A DNA stretch of 64,000 nt from Alphaproteobacteria bacterium (GTDB lineage Bacteria > Pseudomonadota > Alphaproteobacteria > TMED109), in NCBI GenBank assembly GCA_965221495.1, contig OZ244896.1, positions 2,225,471 through 2,289,470 of the forward strand. Direction: 5' to 3'. Below the pieces are notes generated by a model that was not told the DNA's origin, did not search any database, and was given only the letters and a program-made list of their open reading frames with translations. Every line of letters starts with the position of its first letter. Within the stretch, counting starts at the first letter, position 1. Both the position numbers and the translations under genes were made by a program. Below are positions 9,479-18,719 of this stretch, in pieces.

Positions 9479-10165
9479 TCATCCCCGAACCAGATCGGGA
9501 AGCGAAATCCGGCGGTCAAAGGGAGGGCTCAAGCGCACATCGTGACTTGCGAACAGGAGGGACGCTCCGGCATCGCTGCACTGTTCGAACAGAACGTCGA
9601 GGAACCGCTGGCGTGCGCCCTCGTCCAATGCGGAGGTCGGCTCGTCGGCCATGATCAGTTCCGGCGTGCCAATCAGCGCCCGCGCGATGGCCACACGCTG
9701 CTGCTGACCGATGCTGAGTTCGGTCACAGGCCGCGCCCGCAGTTCGGGGGCGTCAAGGCCAAGGCGGCCGAGAAGACGCCGAGCGTCGGCTTCGGGTGAG
9801 CCCGACCGCTCCGTCGCCCGCTCGTTTCGACGTGGCGAAAAGCGGCAAGGCAATGTGACGTTGTCCGCCATCGACAGGTACGGCACGAGATTGAACATCT
9901 GGAACACAAAGCCGATGTGGTCGGCGCGGAACTGGTCGCGCCTCGGCGCCGACATCTGTGACAGCTCTGCTTGAAGGATCCGTACGGTTCCCGTCTGCGG
10001 GCGCACGACCCCGGCCAAGAGGCTGAAGAGCGTGCTCTTCCCGCTCCCGCTTGGGCCTTCGATGAACACCCGTTCTCCAGCAGCAATCTGCATGGAGGCG
10101 ATGTTGAGAATGTCGCGTTGACCCTGCCTCCAAGCAAATCGAATCCGGTCAAGGTGAACGAGCAT
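9479..10165 (-). CDS. ABC transporter ATP-binding protein (ZrgB-like)
   Basis: Walker A GPSGSGKST, signature LSIGQQQRVAIARAL, Walker B LIMADEPTSALD. Start chosen at MLVHLDR (ATG 10165). Confidence 0.88.
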   Translation of the reverse strand: MLVHLDRIRFAWRQGQRDILNIASMQIAAGERVFIEGPSGSGKSTLFSLLAGVVRPQTGTVRILQAELSQMSAPRRDQFRADHIGFVFQMFNLVPYLSMADNVTLPCRFSPRRNERATERSGSPEADARRLLGRLGLDAPELRARPVTELSIGQQQRVAIARALIGTPELIMADEPTSALDEGARQRFLDVLFEQCSDAGASLLFASHDVRLSPPFDRRISLPDLVRG

Positions 10166-10413
10166 CTCAGGCCCAGTGCTCCCGCGCGCCATGGGTGGTC
10201 GCACTCAAGCGCCTGAAACCCAAATCCCGCAAGACTTGCAGAGGCCGGGCTGCCGCGTGCAGCCGTCGTTGTCGGCCTCGCGGCTATTCAATTCCGCCGG
10301 TGAAGCAATGCAGTCAGTCGTCGCCAGCGTAATCGTCAATGCGGGCCCACCTGTCTGGATGACCCAATCATCGGGGCGTCAGAAACGCAAATTCAGAAGC
10401 TGAAATGCCGGCG

Positions 10414-11061
10414 TCAGGGCGTGAGATGCACGACATTCGACCCCTCGTGCAGGGCACCCGCCAGCTGCGCGGTCGGCGTAACCACCCGCACGTCAAGTTC
10501 CTCGACATCATGCAAATGCTCAAGTACGCGAGTCTCAATCCTCTCAAGCTGATCCGGCTGTCCACAACGAAACTGATAGGTTGCGTGCAGTTCGGAATGC
10601 TCTTCTTCGCCGGCATGGGCATCGGGTTCTTCGTGGTCATGCGCGGTCGCCCGGTCTTCGTGGTGATCGTCCTCGTGCGCGACATGGTCGTCTTCATGGT
10701 CATGCGCGATCGCGGAGATGTCGGCTGTGGCGTCCACCAGGTCGCAGTTCGCCTCCGGTGCGAGCATGAAGCGGGCTGCTCCGTCCCTGAGCGGTTCCAG
10801 CGCCTGTTCCACCGCCTCGCGCTCGGCGCGATTCTTGGGAGCATGCTCGAATCCGACGACATTCACCCCGGGCAGACGAAGCTCGATGAGCACTGTCTCG
10901 CCTTCGACGACCACATCAAGCGTTCCATGACCGTGGGCATGGGCTTCATGCTCACGGTGCTCATGATCTGCCGCCCATGTCGCAGAGACGAGGACAGCCG
11001 GCACCAGAATCGTCCCCGAGAACATCCGGTACCTGGATGCCGAATTCCGAACGGTTGCCAC
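10414..11061 (-). CDS. DUF2796-family periplasmic metal-binding protein with a His/Asp/Glu-rich loop (ZrgA-like)
   Basis: Signal peptide, then HEHREHEAHAHGHG and a central HDHEDDHVAHEDDHHEDRATAHDHEEPDAHAGEEEH stretch. GTG start at 11061 is preceded by GGGAGG at a 7-nt spacing. Confidence 0.72.
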   Translation of the reverse strand: MATVRNSASRYRMFSGTILVPAVLVSATWAADHEHREHEAHAHGHGTLDVVVEGETVLIELRLPGVNVVGFEHAPKNRAEREAVEQALEPLRDGAARFMLAPEANCDLVDATADISAIAHDHEDDHVAHEDDHHEDRATAHDHEEPDAHAGEEEHSELHATYQFRCGQPDQLERIETRVLEHLHDVEELDVRVVTPTAQLAGALHEGSNVVHLTP

Positions 11062-11119
11062 TCCACACCCTCCCAGCAGCTCGCGTTCACGCGTCGGCTA
11101 ACATGAACAATCGGCGTCG

Positions 11120-11133
11120 AATGATATAGCATT
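11120..11133. promoter_or_regulatory. Candidate Zur operator (near-palindrome AATGATATAGCATT) upstream of the ZrgA-like gene
   Basis: 12 of 14 positions are self-complementary. It is AT-rich in a GC-rich genome and lies 59 nt upstream of the GTG at 11061. It resembles the AATGTTATAACATT-type Zur box known from proteobacteria (from memory). Confidence 0.4.
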
Positions 11134-11357
11134 GCCTTGGGCAGACGGTATCCTGTTTGCCATGCCGCAATTCCCGAGGGGAACGAGCACGGCCGAGTAG
11201 GTTGCGCCGCCTAGCCTCACAGGTTTCATGAGCAGCGGGTAGCGACGACCCGACCAAGGTGCGCGACCGGCGCCAGCTATGCATGGGAGCGACGGTAGAA
11301 TGTCGATCATGCAAGGGGTAATCAAAACCCTGATCAGACTCTTGAGACCGGTATTGA

Positions 11358-11374
11358 TACAATGTAACATTGTA
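11358..11374. promoter_or_regulatory. Perfect 17-bp palindrome TACAATGTAACATTGTA, candidate Zur box in the divergent zrgA / znuC intergenic region
   Basis: Read directly: TACAATGT-A-ACATTGTA is perfectly self-complementary. It sits in a locally AT-rich segment between two zinc-uptake operons. Confidence 0.6.
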
Positions 11375-11563
11375 GCTCAGGCTCTGGTGCGAGGGTTGCG
11401 TGATTAGAGGTTGCAAAACCGTGCAGTCCAAGCCGCTTGCGAGCACGCAGCAGCACTCCTCGCCGACATTCGACAGCGAGGCACCCGGCCCAACGCGTCG
11501 CGGAAGCGCGAATCTTCTTGACCGGCACCCTTGCACGCGGGGCGCGCCCGGGCAGCTGCCAGC

Positions 11564-11698
11564 ATGAGACTGGGGCGCAATGCCGCGCGAAGGATGGTTC
11601 TCGTCGGTGTCGGTCCGCGTCTGCTTGTTGCGGCCCTGATTTTGCTGGGACTTTGGGCTGGACTGATTTGGGTAACCTCCACGCCGGGGAGCCTATGA
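11564..11698 (+). CDS. Possible 44-aa membrane micro-ORF translationally coupled to the ZnuC-like gene
   Basis: ATG 11564 encodes MRLGRNAARRMVLVGVGPRLLVAALILLGLWAGLIWVTSTPGSL. Its TGA (11696-11698) overlaps the ATG of the ATPase gene (11695). It is hydrophobic and helix-like, but third-position GC is only moderate. Confidence 0.2.
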   Translation: MRLGRNAARRMVLVGVGPRLLVAALILLGLWAGLIWVTSTPGSL

Positions 11699-12438
11699 CC
11701 TACGCTGTTGCGTTCCAGGAGTTGACCTTGGGATACGGTCGGTATCCGGCGGTGCGGCGGGTCGACGGGGAGGTTGCCGACGGAAGCTTGACGGCCATTG
11801 TGGGTCCCAACGGCGCAGGCAAATCGACATTGCTGAAGGGGGTGATCGGCGACCTGCGTCCACTCGCGGGGCGTCTTGACTTCGGAACCTGCACGCGAAA
11901 CGACATCGCTTACCTGCCGCAGCAATCGGACATCGACCGGTCGTTCCCAATCGCGGTTGTCGATCTGGTAGCGATGGGCCTCTGGAACGAAATCGGCGGG
12001 TTCTCAGGACTGCGTGCCGCACATCGTGTGCAAGTCGAAGATGCCATTTCTGCAGTTGGCCTCACAGGATTTGAGTCCCGGACCATCGGATCGATTTCGA
12101 GCGGGCAGTTGCAGCGCGCGTTATTCGCGCGGCTCTTGCTTCAGAACGCCAAGCTCGTGCTGCTCGACGAACCCTTTACGGCCATCGACACCAAGACAAT
12201 GGCGGACCTTTTGGGTGTGGTGCAGCGCTGGCACGGCGAAGGGCGCACCGTCATCACCGTTCTTCATGATCTGGAGACCGTCCGCACCTATTTTCCGGAC
12301 ACGCTGATTTTGGCCCGGGATCTCGTGGCTCACGGGCCCACGTCACAGGTACTCACAGCAGCAAACCAGTTCCGTGCCCGTCAGATGTGTGAAGCCTGTG
12401 CCGGCCCGCTCCACGACTGCGGAAGAGATGCTTCGTAG
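11695..12438 (+). CDS. Metal (zinc/manganese-type) ABC transporter ATP-binding protein, ZnuC/AztA-like
   Basis: GPNGAGKSTLLK, SSGQLQRALFARLL, LVLLDEPFTAID. It is the first gene of an ATPase-permease-SBP operon. Confidence 0.88.
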   Translation: MTYAVAFQELTLGYGRYPAVRRVDGEVADGSLTAIVGPNGAGKSTLLKGVIGDLRPLAGRLDFGTCTRNDIAYLPQQSDIDRSFPIAVVDLVAMGLWNEIGGFSGLRAAHRVQVEDAISAVGLTGFESRTIGSISSGQLQRALFARLLLQNAKLVLLDEPFTAIDTKTMADLLGVVQRWHGEGRTVITVLHDLETVRTYFPDTLILARDLVAHGPTSQVLTAANQFRARQMCEACAGPLHDCGRDAS

Positions 12439-13304
12439 TGTGGGAAGCCTTGATTCAGCCGTTTGCCGAATTCGGCTTCATGCGCCGCGCCATGCTGGGC
12501 TGCATTGCAATTTCCCTGGGCTCGACGCCGGTCGGGGTGTTTCTGATGCTGCGCCGGATGAGTCTGACCGGCGATGCAATGGCGCACGCCATTCTGCCCG
12601 GTGCAGCAGTCGGTTATCTCGTAGCAGGGCTCTCGCTCGGCGCCATGACGGTTGGCGGTCTGCTGGCCGGTATGGCAGTAGCATTGCTGTCAGGCTTCGT
12701 CACCCGCGTGACAGCGCTACGCGAGGATGCCAGCCTTGCGGCCTTCTATCTGATTTCACTGTCGCTGGGTGTGCTGATCGTGTCCACCCGAGGCAGCAAT
12801 GTCGACCTGATGCACGTGCTGTTTGGCACCGTGCTCGCGCTCGACAACTCGGCGCTGGTACTGCTGTGCAGCATCACGAGCCTTACCCTTGTGGCTCTCG
12901 CGATTCTCTTCCGCCCGCTGGTCATCGAGTGTGCAGACCCTCAGTTCTTGCGCACGGTGAGTGGGCTCAGCGCAGCAACCCATTTCACGTTTCTCGCGCT
13001 CGTGGTCATGAATCTGGTCAGTGGATTTCATGCACTTGGCACGCTGATGGCCGTTGGAATCATGATCGTCCCGGCCGCCGCCGCGCGGTTCTGGGCTGTC
13101 AATGTCGGGGGACTGATCCTTGCCGCGGTCGCAATCGCGATCCTGTCGAGCGGCTGCGGTCTCCTCATCTCTTTCCATTTCGGCCTGCCATCAGGGCCGG
13201 CGATCATCCTCGTGGCCGGCCTCGCCTACGCACTTTCTCTGATCTTCGGGCCATTGGGCAGTTTAGTTGCGCCTGTCTTGCCGCCACGCCACGTTGAAAC
13301 CTAA
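12438..13304 (+). CDS. Metal ABC transporter permease, ZnuB/AztB-like
   Basis: 288 aa and polytopic. FMRRAMLGCIAISLGSTPVGVFLMLRRMSLTGDAMAHAILPGAA is typical of the ABC-3 (ZnuB/TroCD) family. Confidence 0.88.
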   Translation: MWEALIQPFAEFGFMRRAMLGCIAISLGSTPVGVFLMLRRMSLTGDAMAHAILPGAAVGYLVAGLSLGAMTVGGLLAGMAVALLSGFVTRVTALREDASLAAFYLISLSLGVLIVSTRGSNVDLMHVLFGTVLALDNSALVLLCSITSLTLVALAILFRPLVIECADPQFLRTVSGLSAATHFTFLALVVMNLVSGFHALGTLMAVGIMIVPAAAARFWAVNVGGLILAAVAIAILSSGCGLLISFHFGLPSGPAIILVAGLAYALSLIFGPLGSLVAPVLPPRHVET

Positions 13305-13316
13305 TTGGACACGTCG

Positions 13317-14228
13317 ATGCTCAACCGCAGAACCTTTCTGACGTACGCATCTGCGCTGATTGGCCTTTCGCTATCTCCGGCGACACCGGCCTGGTCCAAC
13401 AACCCCATTCCGGTTGTTGCCACCTTCTCGATACTGGGCGATATGGTCAAACGCATCGGCGGAGACCACGTCGCCGTCACTACGCTTGTGGGGCCCGAGG
13501 GTGACGCCCATGTCTACCAACCAATTCCGGAAGATGCCCGTGCCATAAGCGAGGCTGCCATCCTCGTCTTCAACGGCCTCGCATTCGAGGGTTGGCTCGA
13601 CCGGCTGGTCGAGGCGTCGAACTTTGGCGGCCGCCGCGTAGTGGCAACCGACGGGATCAAGCCTCTGGCGTTCGAGGATGACCACCACCACGACCACAGC
13701 GCCTTTGACCCGCATGCGTGGCAAGACCTGGCCAACGCGTTGATCTACGTGGACAACATCACGAACGCTCTGGCATTGGCCGATCCTGCAAACGCGTCCG
13801 CCTATCGACGGAACGGGGCGGCGTATGCAGCCGAAATCCAGGCTCTGGATAGCGAGATCCGCAGGATCGCCACGGCCTTGCCTGACGACCGACGCACGGT
13901 CGTAACCGCCCACGACGCTTTCGGGTATTTCTCCGAAGCCTACGGTCTTCAATTTGTCGCCCCCACCGGTGTCAGCACTGAGAGCGAGGCCTCCGCTGCC
14001 GAAGTCGCTGCACTGATTCGCCAGATTCGCGAAGAGGGAATCAGCGCCGTCTTTATCGAGTCCATCACCGACTCGCGCCTGCTTGAACAGATTGCCAACG
14101 AGACCGGAGCTTCCATCGGTGGGACGCTCTACTCCGATGCGCTTTCCGGTCCTGACGGCCCCGCTTCGACCTATCTCGGCATGATGCGATACAACGCCAC
14201 GACGCTTGCGCAGGCGCTTTCACCTTAA
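13317..14228 (+). CDS. Cluster A-I metal substrate-binding protein, ZnuA/AztC-like, with a short His-rich loop
   Basis: ATFSILGDMV, GDAHVYQP, EDDHHHDHSAFDPHAWQD, TAHDAFGYF. The N-terminus MLNRRTFLTYAS looks like a twin-arginine signal. Confidence 0.88.
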   Translation: MLNRRTFLTYASALIGLSLSPATPAWSNNPIPVVATFSILGDMVKRIGGDHVAVTTLVGPEGDAHVYQPIPEDARAISEAAILVFNGLAFEGWLDRLVEASNFGGRRVVATDGIKPLAFEDDHHHDHSAFDPHAWQDLANALIYVDNITNALALADPANASAYRRNGAAYAAEIQALDSEIRRIATALPDDRRTVVTAHDAFGYFSEAYGLQFVAPTGVSTESEASAAEVAALIRQIREEGISAVFIESITDSRLLEQIANETGASIGGTLYSDALSGPDGPASTYLGMMRYNATTLAQALSP

Positions 14229-14500
14229 TGGGCCGATGAATGAGCGTTCGCCCGCGGGGGACGCCACAACCCACAGCGCCGCCTGTGATCCGAAGCATTG
14301 GCTTGAGGGTTACAAACGCACTAGTCCAGATCGAACCCCGTTTCGGGTTGCTGGATTCGGTTTCGGCCAACGGTTGGCCGGCTGCCAACGCGCCGATTCT
14401 GTTCTCTAGTCGGGCCGACTGAGACAACCACCAAAAGGCCCGTTCGCAGGGCAAGGCGCACGTCTTGGAAAAAACCGTCGAATTTGGCGAAGTTTCGGGT

Positions 14501-14522
14501 TAACGTGCAATTTTATTACGTT
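14501..14522. promoter_or_regulatory. Weak candidate operator (AACGT-N11-ACGTT in an AT-rich patch) just upstream of the COG0523 gene
   Basis: TAACGTGCAATTTTATTACGTT lies 13 nt before ATG 14535. Only the outer 5 nt on each side are complementary. It shares the TAACGT/ACGTTA element with the 18.4-kb site. Confidence 0.25.
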
Positions 14523-14534
14523 CAGGATTGCGAG

Positions 14535-15878
14535 ATGACCCAGCAGATCCCTGTAACCGTGCTGACCGGGTTTCTGGGCAGCGGCAAAACCACGTTACTT
14601 AACCGCATTCTGACCGAAAACCACGGTCAGCGTATCGCGGTGATTGAGAACGAGTTTGGCGAGATCGGCGTTGATCAAGACCTCGTAATCAACGCCGACG
14701 AAGAAATCTTCGAGATGAACAACGGCTGCATTTGCTGCACCGTGCGGGGCGACCTGATCCGGATCTTGGGCAATCTGGTCAAGCGGCGCGACAAGTTCGA
14801 CCGGATCCTGGTCGAGACGACCGGCCTGGCGGACCCGGGCCCGGTCGCGCAAACGTTCTTCGTCGACGATGACACCCGCGAGTCCTTCGAACTGGACGGT
14901 GTTGTCACCCTGGTCGATGCGAAACACGCCGAGTTACACCTCGACGACAGCGAAGAGGCCACGTCGCAGATTGCCTTCGCGGACGTGATCCTGATCAACA
15001 AGATCGACCTGGTGGATTCCGCAACACTCGACGCCCTCGAGCGGAGACTCCGAGCGATGAATGCGATGGCCCGAATCAAGCGGGTCCAGATGGCCGATAC
15101 GCCCATGGAACAAGTGCTTGATGTCGGCGGATTCGATCTCAACCGCGCCCTCGAACTCAAGCCAAGCTTCCTTGAGCCCGAATACCCCTTCGAGTGGGGT
15201 GGCGTGCTGCGACTTGACCGCAGCGCAACGTTCAGGCTCCAGAACGGCCCCGACCCCGTGATGGCGGCGGTTGTGGAGCCCATCGGGGAGGCCACAACCG
15301 AAGCACTAATGGAGGCCGCGGAACGCATCTATACCCGGTTCTCTGCTCCTCATGAACTGCTGCGGCCAGGCGCTGCGATGTCTCCGGGCGAAACCCTCTG
15401 GATGCTGGAGCTTACGGGCGCTGATCAATATGAGTATGCGGTCCACATTGAACAGCCCGGTCTCTATGCGCTGTTTACCGAACACACGCCGGAGGAATTT
15501 GGCGCTGGGTTCTTCGATGCCGCCGACGCCGAGGTGCCTCTGGCCGCGGAGCATTTCTTCAACCCCGAACACACACACGATGACACCGTCGGTTCGATCG
15601 CATTGGAGGTCGATGGCGAAATCGACGGCACCGCACTGACTTCCTGGCTGAGCCGGCTGCTGCAGACCCAAGGCCCCGATATCTTCCGCATGAAGGGTAT
15701 TGTGGCAATCAAGGGAGAAGACCAGCGGTTTGTGTTTCAGGGCGTGCACATGCTGTTCGACGGTCAGCCCGGCGACGCCTGGGGCGACCAGCCCCGGTCA
15801 AGCCGGTTGGTCTTCATTGGCCGAAATCTCGATGAAGCAGCGCTGGAACAGGGGTTGCGCGGTTGCAGGGTGCAATGA
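14535..15878 (+). CDS. COG0523-family metallochaperone GTPase (CobW/ZigA/YeiR-like), long form
   Basis: [12 protein letters not shown] (Walker A), [11 protein letters not shown] (CxCC), [14 protein letters not shown], and a C-terminal CobW_C-like [23 protein letters not shown]. At 447 aa it has an unusually long linker between the domains. Confidence 0.88.
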   Translation: MTQQIPVTVLTGFLGSGKTTLLNRILTENHGQRIAVIENEFGEIGVDQDLVINADEEIFEMNNGCICCTVRGDLIRILGNLVKRRDKFDRILVETTGLADPGPVAQTFFVDDDTRESFELDGVVTLVDAKHAELHLDDSEEATSQIAFADVILINKIDLVDSATLDALERRLRAMNAMARIKRVQMADTPMEQVLDVGGFDLNRALELKPSFLEPEYPFEWGGVLRLDRSATFRLQNGPDPVMAAVVEPIGEATTEALMEAAERIYTRFSAPHELLRPGAAMSPGETLWMLELTGADQYEYAVHIEQPGLYALFTEHTPEEFGAGFFDAADAEVPLAAEHFFNPEHTHDDTVGSIALEVDGEIDGTALTSWLSRLLQTQGPDIFRMKGIVAIKGEDQRFVFQGVHMLFDGQPGDAWGDQPRSSRLVFIGRNLDEAALEQGLRGCRVQ

Positions 15879-16144
15879 TCATGGTCACCGCAGTGCTGGC
15901 GGACCGTGCGGGTCGAGACCTGCAGTCAGGCCACCAGCTCGGGCAGCCCGCCCGACGAACGTTCGCGTTGCAACCTCGCGCAACGCTCCCCCGTGGCACA
16001 GTTGACGTTCCCAGGGAAAAAGCGGTTCCCACGACTGCCCTCTGATGAACCTTGCTTTCGGTGACCTAACGGCTTCTTCTTGTCCAATACCATGATCCGC
16101 TGCGGCCGCCGAATAGTCGTGAATCGGCGCTGCAGTGTCGGGCA

Positions 16145-17191
16145 ATGACGGAGTTTCAACTTAATAGCTGGCCGGTCGAGGCCCCCCTGACGGGTGTCGG
16201 GGTCGAGCAGAGCGGGCGATACGCAGCGTTCGCAGGAGGGGATGGTTGCGTCCGCACTGTCGCCCTTCTTGATCAAGAGCCGTCGCTTTCCGTCTGGTCA
16301 TTGACCCAGGGCGCCGTGCTCGAGCTGGCCCCTGATTGCCTCAAACAGGGATTTCTGTGCGGGACTGACGACAGCGCGGTCTACCAGGTCCACGCCAAGA
16401 CCGGACCTCAGGAGTTGGCGCAAGGCACCCGCTCGTGGCCTGATCAACTTGCCGCACACGCCTGTGGCCTGCGGGCTCTCTCGGATGGTCCCGCAGTTCG
16501 CCTATTGGACGCCAAGGGCCAACTGGTCCGCCTGCTCGGAGAGCATCCGAGCACCGTTGCCGGACTGGAATTCGACAACACCGGCCGGCGCCTTGCTGTC
16601 TCGCACTACAACGGGGTCAGCATCTGGAGCCTGGACGGACATCGCGAAGAGCCCCAGCGCCTATTCCACCGGGGCTCGCACCTCGAAGTCAGCTGGAGCA
16701 AGAACGAACGCTTCGTGGTCACCGCAACCCAAGAGAAAACGGTGCACGCGTGGGACCTCGTTTCAGGAGCAGACGCCAGTCTTGGGCCGTGCATCAACAA
16801 GGTGAAAGCCCTGACCTGGAGCGCCGACGGCGCATGGTTGCTTGCCTCAGGAGGCGATACCGTGAGCGCCTGGTCGTTCTCGGGTGGCCGCCTGCCAGCG
16901 GCCGCTCCGCGCATGCTGGGCCGCTACAGCGATCAACTGGTCAGTGAAGTTTGTGCCAATCCGGGCTTCGCATTGGCAGCCGCCGGATACAACGATGGCG
17001 GCCTGGAACTGGTGAGTTTGGCGGCGCGGCCACGAAGACAAAGTCTCGTGGCCGCGCCAAGCAAGCCGATTACCGGTCTTGCCTGGTCGCCCGAGGGAGA
17101 TTGTCTGGTGGGCGGCGACGCAGGCGGGCAAGTGTTCGCATACCGTTTCGATACCGAACAGTTGGCCCGCCTGGCCGCCCACACCACCTAG
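16145..17191 (+). CDS. WD40/beta-propeller repeat protein, no signal peptide
   Basis: Repeated units end in W-S/W-D-like dipeptides (VSIWSLDG, VHAWDLVSG, VSAWSFSGG, VFAYRFD), with G-x-V-x-x-L/V-x-F/W-S-x-D-G patterns. Confidence 0.7.
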   Translation: MTEFQLNSWPVEAPLTGVGVEQSGRYAAFAGGDGCVRTVALLDQEPSLSVWSLTQGAVLELAPDCLKQGFLCGTDDSAVYQVHAKTGPQELAQGTRSWPDQLAAHACGLRALSDGPAVRLLDAKGQLVRLLGEHPSTVAGLEFDNTGRRLAVSHYNGVSIWSLDGHREEPQRLFHRGSHLEVSWSKNERFVVTATQEKTVHAWDLVSGADASLGPCINKVKALTWSADGAWLLASGGDTVSAWSFSGGRLPAAAPRMLGRYSDQLVSEVCANPGFALAAAGYNDGGLELVSLAARPRRQSLVAAPSKPITGLAWSPEGDCLVGGDAGGQVFAYRFDTEQLARLAAHTT

Positions 17192-17194
17192 ACG

Positions 17195-18370
17195 TTAGAC
17201 GACCGCAATCGGGTTACCCGGTGAGCCTGTGGCCCCCTTGATCGGCAGCGTCGAGAAAATAAAGGCGAACTTGTAGACGCCATCAGCTGCCAGGTGGTCG
17301 AGGCGCACATTCTCAAGAATGTGGATGCCGTTCTTCGGCAAGAAGATCTGGTGCACCGGGAACGCGAGGTTCGGGTCCGGATTGGGCACGCACTCAATCG
17401 CCCAGCAGTCAGCAGCGCCAACGGAAACCCCTTTGGCCGCAAGCCACTCCGCTGCACCAACTCCGATTCCGGGTTCGCCGGAATTGAAGCGAGCGTTGTC
17501 CTTCATCCACAACTCTTCGCCCCAGCCCGTGCGCCACATCACCGCAGCGCCTTCCGTGATGTCATCCTCGCTCATGCCTTGGCGTTCCAGGCAGGCCTGC
17601 AGGTCGCTGACCGTGATCTCTTCACCCTTGTCCAGCATGCGCCCCTTCAGGGCTTTGACGTCGAACATGATCCCGCGACAGAAAAACGGCTTGACGTGCT
17701 CCATGCCGAGCTTCTGCAATCCGTACGGACCGGTTGTGGATCCCTGCTCGTTGTCGTTGTTGTGCAGGTCCGTGGTGGTGAAACCGTTGTAGAACACCTC
17801 TTGGGACAGATCCCCTGCTTCACCGAGGCGTGCGCCGATGTGGGCAAGTCCGTCAAACTGCGTGCCCACCTGACCGATCTCTGTGGTCAGAATTTCGTCG
17901 TGCCAGATGACCTGGTTCTTGCCGAATGCGCCTCCGGTCGGGGCGCCCGGGATGCGCAACGCGAACACCCGCTGCCCGAACAACGGCATGCCGTACTCGT
18001 AAACCCGACCCAGGCTGTACACCTTGCCGGTCTTGATCAGGCTTGCCGCATCAAGGGCCACCTCGGGAGTCATGTGGTTGGTCGCACCGGTCTGGTCGCC
18101 CTCGCCCCAACGGGACGGCCACCATTTCCCGGCGACTGGTGTTCCTTCGATGTTTCCTTCGGCGGCGTGTGCAGGTTTGACGAGATCAAGCTCGTGCATC
18201 ACTTCATTGCCGATAGCCCCGACGGCGGCTGCACCCGTGGCGACTGTCGCAGTCTTGATGAAATCACGGCGCGACTGTGACGACATTGCATCGTCAGTCT
18301 GGGCCTCAGCGGGACCATCCGTAGCCATTTCCTGGTCAACGGACTGGTCTACGTTGGCTTTTTCAACCAT
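17195..18370 (-). CDS. Cyclase/kynurenine-formamidase-family (PF04199-like) protein with a TAT signal
   Basis: SRRDFIKTATVATGAAAVG is a twin-arginine signal. The core reads WWPSRWGEGDQTGATNHMT ... VGTQFDGLAHIG. Start chosen at MVEKAN (ATG 18370), which is preceded by AAGGAGG. Confidence 0.78.
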   Translation of the reverse strand: MVEKANVDQSVDQEMATDGPAEAQTDDAMSSQSRRDFIKTATVATGAAAVGAIGNEVMHELDLVKPAHAAEGNIEGTPVAGKWWPSRWGEGDQTGATNHMTPEVALDAASLIKTGKVYSLGRVYEYGMPLFGQRVFALRIPGAPTGGAFGKNQVIWHDEILTTEIGQVGTQFDGLAHIGARLGEAGDLSQEVFYNGFTTTDLHNNDNEQGSTTGPYGLQKLGMEHVKPFFCRGIMFDVKALKGRMLDKGEEITVSDLQACLERQGMSEDDITEGAAVMWRTGWGEELWMKDNARFNSGEPGIGVGAAEWLAAKGVSVGAADCWAIECVPNPDPNLAFPVHQIFLPKNGIHILENVRLDHLAADGVYKFAFIFSTLPIKGATGSPGNPIAVV

Positions 18371-18407
18371 TGTGCATCCTCCTTGGCGTGGTTTTCGCAA
18401 CGCACGA

Positions 18408-18453
18408 ATACGTTATAGCATAACTAGACTGCTTAGGTATAACGTTTCGTACC
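18408..18453. promoter_or_regulatory. AT-rich inverted-repeat cluster upstream of the cyclase-family gene (GTTATAGCATAAC, plus ATACGTTATA ... TATAACGTTT)
   Basis: GTTAT-AGC-ATAAC (18412-18424) is a 5-3-5 palindrome. ATACGTTATA (18408-18417) and TATAACGTTT (18438-18447) are 9/10 complementary. The cluster lies 38-83 nt upstream of the start codon. Confidence 0.35.
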
Positions 18454-18719
18454 GCTGAAGGAAGCGGCTTTGCCTGGGAACTGGCCTGACGCATTGAGAG
18501 GCCACGACCAAACCAGCTGATCGACGGTGGGCGGAGCAAGTTCGGTGGTGCTGAGTGCGGCAAGGTCGCACGGTCGCCCGAGGGTCCGGGCCCGCCTCCG
18601 GAGTGGCGCTTCCGCGCACCCTTACCCACCGGCCCGAAGCTCGCCGAGGGCCCTCGAACGATCACATATCGCCTGACCGATGTCGCCGTAACGCAGCGCC
18701 TGCGAATGGCACCGCGGAA

